From the NCBI GenBank assembly GCA_965230895.1, contig OZ246394.1:1057887-1121886 (forward strand): 64,000 bases of DNA, in the 5' to 3' direction. A program made the position numbers and the translations under genes. The notes beneath the pieces are model-generated. The model was given only the letters and a program-made list of their open reading frames with translations, made no database searches and was not told where the DNA came from. Below are positions 57,501 through 64,000 of this stretch, one piece after another. The DNA comes from an uncultured Gammaproteobacteria bacterium (lineage in GTDB: Bacteria > Patescibacteriota > Microgenomatia > Levybacterales > UBA12049). Positions within the stretch are counted from its first letter, which is position 1; every line of letters starts with the position of its first letter.

Positions 57501-59097
57501 TGAAGAGACGTTACTTCCCGACCTCGAAACAGATGATCCTATTATTATCCGTAACTTAACTGACGAAGAAATCGCTAAAGTCGTGCAGGATATTCAACAA
57601 GATGGGATGTGGCCTGAGGAGTTATTATCACGTCCTCAAAAAGAGAGAGAAATAGACATCGATCAAAAATCTCTGGATAAATTAGCAAAGGCTTTAGATG
57701 ATACAATACCTCCACCTGTACCCCAAGAAACTCCAAGAAAATTTGATCCTTTGTGGGATGACGTGGAGTTTTTTATGACTCCAAAAGGAAAAATCCGAAA
57801 GGCTATGCATAAAGTCAGAGCACGGATGAAGAGACCGTTCAAGCAAACATGGGATATACCTCCACCACCAGATGTAGCGAGCTTCTTTACATCGCCGCCT
57901 ATTACATTACCTCCACCTGTTACACAGAAAGAGGTTGATAGAGAAATTGCAAGGCGTGTCGCAGAAGATCCAGAGTATATCCAGAAAGCTGTTGCAAAAC
58001 GAAAAAAGCGAGCTGTGAGTGCACCAGTGACAGCACCGAAAGCCGAGATCGTCGCAGATACAACCATAACTATACCTGAAGCAAAACCTGAACAAGAAGG
58101 ACAGAACGACGAATTGCTCAGAATACAAGAAGTGCAGCATATACAGAGTACTAATCAACTCTTCCTCATGGGGCTAAGTTCTTACTTGGGGCTTCGTCCG
58201 GGAAGCCACACTCGCCCACAATTTATAGAACATGTCATAGCGACCAATGGTAAAGCAGTTGCAGAACGAGGAACAGACATCGCAGAACGAACACTTCATT
58301 TACAAGTCTTATCTCTTGTCGATAAATTCCAAAAGATAGAGAATGATACATTTATCGAGACAGAATATACAGATATTACAAAGTCACTCAATAGATTACA
58401 GGGAATTATTACTATGTATAAAGCCAAATCTCCAGGCTTTGTACGATTATTACAACAACGTAAATATCCGACATACGATCAACATTTCATAGATATCATG
58501 GAGAGATCCGTGAAAGCATACACTGCATGGAATAAATCGCGTAAAAAGAGTATTGTTAAGTTCCCAACCATCCAGAGAGATCCAAAATTAGATGATGATG
58601 TATATAATAATCTCTTTAGTGATCCTCATTCTACATTTGATATACCATCTCAACCAAAGACAATTGTGCCTACACCTTCTCAAAGTCATCCAAATCAAGA
58701 ACTATTCTCTGATACCAGCTATACAGATCTCTTTAAAAATGATGAGAGTGTATTTGAATACGTAACTCCACCAAAAAAGTCTGTGATTACTCCTTCACAC
58801 CACCATCCAGAACAAGAAACTTTATCAGATCCTACGTACACTGATATGTTCAAGGATCCGAGTTCTGAATTTGATATCCAAATCCCAAATAAACCTATCG
58901 TACAAACTCCAACCCAAAATCATCCTGAACATGAGCAATTAACTAATAATGCATACAACAATCAATTTACATCAGATTCAGACGTAGAATTTCAATTGGC
59001 CAAAGCCTCCGAACCGAAAAAGCCAACAGAGCATCCGCAACAAGATCTGCTCGATGATAAAGCATACAGTGATCAATTCAAAAACCCAGAGAAATAG
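54535..59097 (+). CDS. Large orphan protein with two transglutaminase-like modules and C-terminal repeats
   Basis: Module 2 GQC(923)...SGF...H(962)GQT...D(977); module 1 GQS(629)...SGF...H(672)WQT...D(689); Pro-rich linkers. Confidence 0.7.
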   Translation: MAEFDPSPDVKELAGKSDETDPALKAKTRVAELVAPSESVAKEIQDLAQKGGQELLKKHPHPEMKRIVEHATGVFLWEQMARPQNSESMLPPGLVARLDENNTIDTLAFDGEHLHRSEYVYVLDFLKKQGIVDQINGLQKKHREEKRADIIEAMDEYLQHSPAARLLETFMVTTDKQSGNGRNLRDLTDAEETRLRAQLEGNFQANIVPGMLAEINSNSGDTHSINASNGEFQRDPSVQFAKNTFIEKPLAMAATQDHDHTHENNQEKGVSRARLREYLNQEFFLKRVGLAPTELANIHVVEESRGFKTIHIKDPNGEKRYDAGAWFYFVEEQMKALNDTSYDVPREYSRIAFQIIGLSLYDKTDTRDPNTIIAAGYHKAATVFADYVDQQYVPLHERSTHHYDHSIHGLLWLNNAATPLQDGEPVRNERIGYDSGFYTSSSSVEIDSAYELDKKQRWPAGTIKHISDDTLLEIPRIITKNYARNKDLPLVPTEHTDFVLESQTESIARSAGTGWTDSGDPEIPGMKLVARDGSTCYFTVDEEKDPYEPSPKELSYIQRRLVSDFCQEIGMTGLSEQIDSFDTLNIGQMVSLLRQNVRYFVPEANVSERNGIRDWKAYVREDGILEGQSLLFAQFATKVFGIMYPNPDWKDSIKSVSGFAVDNRKNVRDFSHWQTEIKLPREEIDIIIDISPPFTSLLDTAKDVEKIPPPPPPTVDLPRTETTRTYEYVDHRQELTVTSSKEFKELLNTTIGNILFAEPEVFAETKQRLFSKVPKNDDLPTYEALPPEVADAVVLGIANKGTDLADNDHDPAIAGMKLVAKDGDNYFYTIDPESTDYKPVLEPIPTQMRNELTVTCLKLKMAGLAEEIQTAENLTVEKLRQLVRRYSKYSIPEDGDKAFRADNIFDLKYNDMIDEDGILRGQCDTFEFFWRRLGRVFDGTSSFDQESGFSLRNTPRISKARHGQTRMKKDGVNALIDVDPLHYDIPDLDEETLLPDLETDDPIIIRNLTDEEIAKVVQDIQQDGMWPEELLSRPQKEREIDIDQKSLDKLAKALDDTIPPPVPQETPRKFDPLWDDVEFFMTPKGKIRKAMHKVRARMKRPFKQTWDIPPPPDVASFFTSPPITLPPPVTQKEVDREIARRVAEDPEYIQKAVAKRKKRAVSAPVTAPKAEIVADTTITIPEAKPEQEGQNDELLRIQEVQHIQSTNQLFLMGLSSYLGLRPGSHTRPQFIEHVIATNGKAVAERGTDIAERTLHLQVLSLVDKFQKIENDTFIETEYTDITKSLNRLQGIITMYKAKSPGFVRLLQQRKYPTYDQHFIDIMERSVKAYTAWNKSRKKSIVKFPTIQRDPKLDDDVYNNLFSDPHSTFDIPSQPKTIVPTPSQSHPNQELFSDTSYTDLFKNDESVFEYVTPPKKSVITPSHHHPEQETLSDPTYTDMFKDPSSEFDIQIPNKPIVQTPTQNHPEHEQLTNNAYNNQFTSDSDVEFQLAKASEPKKPTEHPQQDLLDDKAYSDQFKNPEK
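58570..59094 (+). repeat. Four to five imperfect ~39-aa repeats (HPxQxxLxDxxYxDxF)
   Basis: HPNQELFSDTSYTDLF, HPEQETLSDPTYTDMF, HPEHEQLTNNAYNNQF, HPQQDLLDDKAYSDQF. Confidence 0.85.
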
Positions 59098-59139
59098 ATA
59101 ATTCACTGCAGAGAATGCATATGATATAGTGAGTATTGT

Positions 59140-60114
59140 ATGATGGAAGCAGGAGCTGGAGAAGGAAGACCAGCATCAAAAGCAGAATTTTTAGCGATGC
59201 AGAATCCTCAAGAGACGAGAGATCAAGCTGCCTCAATTCTTCGAGATGGACCTTTTGCTCAAGAGGGGGATTATCGTGGAGCGGTTGATAAATTCGGTCT
59301 TGCGGTTAAAGGTAAGCCCGAACTTAACCAAGACCCATGGGTTAATTATGACATGGGTGTCTGCATGGTTCGATTAGGTGGAGAAGGTAACGTAAATCGC
59401 GGCATACGACTTCTTGAAAATGCGGTGAGGATTCAAGAACAAAGTGAAGAACCTGTCAATGAATGGATGCATCTTGGACTTGCGGAAGCATATGGAAGAG
59501 CCGATAGGTACGACGATGCGAAGAAAGAATATGAAGCGGCTCGCGCAGTTAATCCAGATAATGAGCAAGTTGCATTCCTCGATGGAGATGAAGAATATCG
59601 AGGTGATCGCGCATGGGCACTTCATGATGAAGCAAAGACTGACGCTAGCGAAGGAAGAAACCTCTTATCGCTTATAAAATATGAACGCGCAATTATACTT
59701 GGAGGAGAAGAGACCATGGCATGGTCTACACATGATAAAGGGAAAGTATTGTTAGCTTCAAATCATTTTGATGAATCAGCAAGAGAATTTCATCGAGCTA
59801 TGCAGCTCATGCCGAACGAAACGTGGCCTCATTCTGGTTTTGCTATGGCATTGGAACGAATGGATATTCCTCACACAATAGCTCGTGCTCGAGAAGAATA
59901 CGAAACAGCATTAAGACTTGATCCAGGCAATCATGAAGCTCAAGAAGGCTTAGAACGATTGGGAAGGACAACGCCTGAACAGCAACAACCTGGACAACCC
60001 GAAGAACCTGCACCACAAGTGCCAGAACATACAGATACAACCGCAGCTGATAAAGGTGGACTTGGCGGAATATTGAGAAGATTTGGCATAGGTGGGAAGC
60101 CTGGAAGAGAATAA
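59140..60114 (+). CDS. Tetratricopeptide repeat protein
   Basis: Repeated LG..Y...G.Y..A...Y..A....P patterns (e.g. EYETALRLDPGNHEA). Confidence 0.85.
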   Translation: MMEAGAGEGRPASKAEFLAMQNPQETRDQAASILRDGPFAQEGDYRGAVDKFGLAVKGKPELNQDPWVNYDMGVCMVRLGGEGNVNRGIRLLENAVRIQEQSEEPVNEWMHLGLAEAYGRADRYDDAKKEYEAARAVNPDNEQVAFLDGDEEYRGDRAWALHDEAKTDASEGRNLLSLIKYERAIILGGEETMAWSTHDKGKVLLASNHFDESAREFHRAMQLMPNETWPHSGFAMALERMDIPHTIARAREEYETALRLDPGNHEAQEGLERLGRTTPEQQQPGQPEEPAPQVPEHTDTTAADKGGLGGILRRFGIGGKPGRE

Positions 60115-60126
60115 AATTATAGAATT

Positions 60127-63100
60127 TTAATCTTCTGGTCCGTATGCAGTATCTATTCCTTCAGCTAGATTCTGATTATTACTAAATTGGACTCCAATCT
60201 TTCCTCCATTCAAACTAAATCTACGTACGCCCCAACCTGGAGTTTGATTGGTTAATGCAGCCTTTAGGCGATTATCTATATCACGCAAAATTCTTTCAGC
60301 TTGGCTATTGGCTGTTCCTCGAAGAAGACCAGGGACATCGATAGTATATTGCGCATCACCCACAAGTTCGATTGCTCCTTGCGAATTCACTCGGAAAGTA
60401 GCATTCTCTAAATGTACTGGGACAGTGACACCTGCTCTATTAAGGATAAATTCACCATTAATTTGTAGACTGCTATTTACAACGTTCATTCCTAATTCAC
60501 GAATCTCTGTCCCTCGAGGAAATAATCCATTATTATTCTGTAGGAATTCTGCCATCACTGTCGGCTGTACTTCAAAGATCTGCTCCCTTTGTCCTGGACC
60601 TGCGACACTTTCCAATCGATTGTTTAGGTCATTAAGGAGATTTTCTGAAGAGGTTAACTCTATAGCTCGGCCACGATCGGCGCCAGGCTCTTCTGGTTGA
60701 GGCGTAGATCCATCATTTTCTGGAGATGCTTGATCCCGAGCAGCTCGTACAGCATTATAGTCTCTAATCATGGGAATTTTTGAAATATAATTTGCATACA
60801 TATCGACATAATTTCCATTCCTATCGCGTTGATTTGCGTATTCTTGACGTCCCACTTGGGAAGTGTATTCATACGCTGGCGTCATCAAATCTCCTCCTTG
60901 TATCCAACTCTTTCGAACTCCGACAGAAGTAACAGCGCTTTTATCTTCAATTCCTCCAACCCATACACGATCCTTTACATCTCGGCAAAGCATATATCGA
61001 TAGTTCTTATCTTGAGACTCGTAAATTTCCATGGTGATATTTCCATACAAACTGGTTTGTTGTTGCCATGTCTCAATTGGGCCTTCAGAGAAATCAGGTG
61101 CAGCTTGTGGATCACTAAATTGGATATTTTCGGGCGCTAACTTTGCGCCATTAGCTCGACGCTCTTGCGCTGAAGCTTCAAAAGTACCTGGAAGAGAAAC
61201 AGGCGTTGCATCTACTTCAACCCTATACGTTATGTTTGCTCGTTCCTCAGCAATCTTTCCTATTTCTCGTGCAGTACCTGCGAAGTAGAAGTTAGGATTG
61301 CCCGGAGGAACTATCGGTGGAGTTGCCCTTGAAACGAGAATCGAATTAAGCGCTTCCTGCATCGCAATTGGAGCATTAATACTCTGCTCACTCATACCTT
61401 TGTCGTACCAATCTACACCGTCAGCGCCATCGGAAAGATAGGATGGGAGATATCGCCAAACTCCTTGAGAATTACTGAGGTAGAAAGTTCGAGCAACATA
61501 CCGATCATTTCTTTCATTTGGAACATACGCTACATATGCAGTCCTTCCTCGACTTACCTGATATGGATCAGAGAAGAGGATTGATTTCCCATCGATTTCC
61601 AATTTATATTGTGGCCCAAGGCCAGCTGCATCCAAATCATCCGGCTCTAGGTTTCGCTCTACATACCGAGTTGCTCCTGTTTCTTGATCACTCAGTCCTC
61701 TCAATCTGAACGGATGTGCATTAATTCTCACGCGGTTCATCACAGCTTCTCTTTCTTGCGCAGAGATAGCTAGCTCATGTACCTCGGCTGTTCCTGTCTG
61801 CTCAGTACCATAGGTTATTCCACGCGTGGTCGTATCACCTAATTCTGCGATCGTAGGGAATCTTGGAGTTCTTTCTTGTTCACGACGAGGGGTTCTATCC
61901 GGTCGTGCTTCAAATTGCGCTGTCATAGCAAGTTCTTCACCCCAACCTCGGTCTCCATTCCTGACTCGAGTTGCTTCGGCATCAGTAGGTTCACGTCTTA
62001 GGAGTTCACGAGCTTCCTCCATCCTTTGCGCTGCTGTTCCACCATCGACACGAGCTTCAGCCATTCTCCCAGTTATACGTACAGCCTGCTCAACATTCTG
62101 AGGAAGAGGTCGTTCATCAACTGGTGCTGGGATTGTAGTTTCTGGTGTCTCATTATTGTCTGGTTGAGGAGGATTGTCGCCAGGATTTGTTTGAGCTCCG
62201 GGTTGAATAGGAGGAATAGGTGCCGGAGCAGAATCTTCACGTTGCTGGAAACGTGATAATCCATCAACTAACCTGCTAACGTTTGTAAGACGTACATGTC
62301 CATTTTCAATGACATAGTCCACACCTAAGAATCCTGACGCACGTTGAAAAAGATCAGGGAACCTGTCTCCTAAATACTGATACTGTCCCTCAGAACCTGC
62401 TTGCCAAAACGCATCTAGTTCATGTTGCAATCTAGAAGGATCAAAGTCCTTTGGAATCTGTGCAAGAAGCTGCTGTTCGTCAAGCTTTCTAACTTCTGTA
62501 TTTTCATGAAATCCTCCATACATTTGAAGCAACGGTACACCTTGAGACATTGCAGATAAGAATCTTCGTGGGTTCGATACAATCTGGCTACTTGCAACAT
62601 ATGAAAACCTATCTGGATTACCATGTCTTGCATCAGAGATAAGCCATCCTAATTCCAAATCTTCAGCAAGAGTAGCTTCAGGGTTGTATCCACCAACAGC
62701 AGCAAATGTTGAAGCACGAACCGCTGAATTTCTTCCAATTAATCCTGCTGCTCGTCGTTGTCGAACCTCTGGATCACCAGCAGCATCATGTGCAATAACG
62801 CGATCTAAAATATACCAAAATCTCTCTGCAGCACGAAGGTTGGGATTAGCCAACGCATCTTCAGGGAGATCCCAACGGCCAGACGCTGCGTCGATATTTT
62901 TATTACCATCAAATCGTTGGACATAATCATCAATGTATCTATCACTTACAGCTTCTACATCTGCATCACCTGCAATTAAGAGTAATTCTCCATCACTTTG
63001 TGCTCGCTTTTGGCTTCGTAACAGAGCGATATCTGTAGCATACTTTCTAGCGTTTCCTACACCAGCAGTATCTCCTTCTTTCCATGGCTTATGGACATAC

Positions 63101-64000
63101 GAAACTCTCATCTCTGGATGCTCCAGCAGGAATACTCGAATTTCATCTTCAGTGTTGTCCTTGGCAACTCTTTCAGGATGATTATCAACGATTACAATTT
63201 CAAAAGCATCTGGGGACAACGGCTGTCCATTTTTTTGTTTCTGATTTAAATACTGCTCCAATGCCTTTTTAATATTTCGGCCCTCTTCATATGCTGGAAC
63301 TGTCACTACAGCACGCGTATGCTCAGACATAGGCCTGCCGATCACTGTATCCATTGCTTCAAGTTCTGCTCGATATTCAGGAGACCATGAATCTATATAT
63401 TTTGAGACTTCCTCCCTTTCATCCAATTCTGCTTCAGGATTATTCTTGAGGGTTTCTGATCGTCGCTTTGCATAGTCTTCACGTTTTAATAATCCTAATC
63501 CCTCAGCTCCTGATTCAGCACCATAATATCCATAGTATCCTGTTGGATAAATATCGGGATATCGCTTTGTAGGCTCTGCTGTAGAATCATTACCAGCTTC
63601 CAAAGGTCTTCTTGGCCATGGGAATGGCGTAGGGATTCCAATTGGATCCCATGGGTCTTCAGTGCCTTCAATATTTGCAGTAATATCAGTGACTGTGACA
63701 TTTTCATACAAATCTACATTAGGTGGTGTAGTACCTGTACCAAATATTGTGGCAAACGATTGCCATGCTTTCTCGCCACCCTTGGTATCAATCAACCGAC
63801 CTGCAGAAATTTGTCCACGACCTGTTCCATCAGGTCCACCCAAATTGAAAAGATCACGCTCTTGTGGGCGGACTTCTGAAGCGAAATCACCTTGAGGAAG
63901 TGTATTGTACACATCTCTGTTGATGAGCAAGTTGAATAACTCACGCTGCTCAATTTGCTGTCCATCTCCCAGCGTAATCATCTCCGATGAATTTGGATCA
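60127..64000 (-). CDS. Large multidomain protein containing a GT2 glycosyltransferase domain (probably starts beyond the window)
   Basis: Frame open to the window edge; VPAYEE, IVDN, GVGNAR, GDAD, GRNSAVR, VGGY, AEDLELG; two further unknown domains separated by P/Q/E linkers. Confidence 0.75.
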   Translation of the reverse strand, partial: DPNSSEMITLGDGQQIEQRELFNLLINRDVYNTLPQGDFASEVRPQERDLFNLGGPDGTGRGQISAGRLIDTKGGEKAWQSFATIFGTGTTPPNVDLYENVTVTDITANIEGTEDPWDPIGIPTPFPWPRRPLEAGNDSTAEPTKRYPDIYPTGYYGYYGAESGAEGLGLLKREDYAKRRSETLKNNPEAELDEREEVSKYIDSWSPEYRAELEAMDTVIGRPMSEHTRAVVTVPAYEEGRNIKKALEQYLNQKQKNGQPLSPDAFEIVIVDNHPERVAKDNTEDEIRVFLLEHPEMRVSYVHKPWKEGDTAGVGNARKYATDIALLRSQKRAQSDGELLLIAGDADVEAVSDRYIDDYVQRFDGNKNIDAASGRWDLPEDALANPNLRAAERFWYILDRVIAHDAAGDPEVRQRRAAGLIGRNSAVRASTFAAVGGYNPEATLAEDLELGWLISDARHGNPDRFSYVASSQIVSNPRRFLSAMSQGVPLLQMYGGFHENTEVRKLDEQQLLAQIPKDFDPSRLQHELDAFWQAGSEGQYQYLGDRFPDLFQRASGFLGVDYVIENGHVRLTNVSRLVDGLSRFQQREDSAPAPIPPIQPGAQTNPGDNPPQPDNNETPETTIPAPVDERPLPQNVEQAVRITGRMAEARVDGGTAAQRMEEARELLRREPTDAEATRVRNGDRGWGEELAMTAQFEARPDRTPRREQERTPRFPTIAELGDTTTRGITYGTEQTGTAEVHELAISAQEREAVMNRVRINAHPFRLRGLSDQETGATRYVERNLEPDDLDAAGLGPQYKLEIDGKSILFSDPYQVSRGRTAYVAYVPNERNDRYVARTFYLSNSQGVWRYLPSYLSDGADGVDWYDKGMSEQSINAPIAMQEALNSILVSRATPPIVPPGNPNFYFAGTAREIGKIAEERANITYRVEVDATPVSLPGTFEASAQERRANGAKLAPENIQFSDPQAAPDFSEGPIETWQQQTSLYGNITMEIYESQDKNYRYMLCRDVKDRVWVGGIEDKSAVTSVGVRKSWIQGGDLMTPAYEYTSQVGRQEYANQRDRNGNYVDMYANYISKIPMIRDYNAVRAARDQASPENDGSTPQPEEPGADRGRAIELTSSENLLNDLNNRLESVAGPGQREQIFEVQPTVMAEFLQNNNGLFPRGTEIRELGMNVVNSSLQINGEFILNRAGVTVPVHLENATFRVNSQGAIELVGDAQYTIDVPGLLRGTANSQAERILRDIDNRLKAALTNQTPGWGVRRFSLNGGKIGVQFSNNQNLAEGIDTAYGPED

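Noticed and set aside
1-64000. Alternative genetic code (UGA=Gly), tRNA/rRNA genes, IS elements, prophage
   Set aside because: Conserved genes (e.g. tatD, tdh, aclB) end properly at TGA and are full length; no tRNA, rRNA, transposase or phage structural motifs were recognised by eye

Overview
Gene-dense, low-GC bacterial chromosome segment using the standard genetic code (TGA is a stop). The gene content (class I LysRS, ATP-citrate lyase, PEGA/cohesin/Gmad2/VanW/DUF192 surface proteins, many orphan ORFs, no biosynthetic operons) points to a Patescibacteria/CPR genome, most likely Microgenomates; this is an inference. Housekeeping genes: metG (partial), tatD, lysS, murB, greA, tsaD, rmuC, a UvrD-nuclease fusion, hup, rny, recX, recA, bcp, metK. 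There is also a cell-envelope glycosylation cluster and a tdh-kbl-aclB-aclA operon. Non-coding elements read from the sequence: RNase P RNA (31959-32334), a compact SAM-I/IV-type riboswitch before metK, a candidate leader-peptide attenuator (MKFATIIAKTTKKPLL with three mutually exclusive hairpins) before an orphan gene and lysS, a structured rny leader, and many -10 boxes 6-7 nt upstream of start codons, suggesting leaderless mRNAs. The right end holds large orphan multidomain proteins: a double transglutaminase-like protein with Tyr-containing repeats, a TPR protein, and a GT2-containing protein running off the window. No CRISPR array, tRNA, rRNA or transposase was seen. All family calls come from motif recognition by eye, not database searches.
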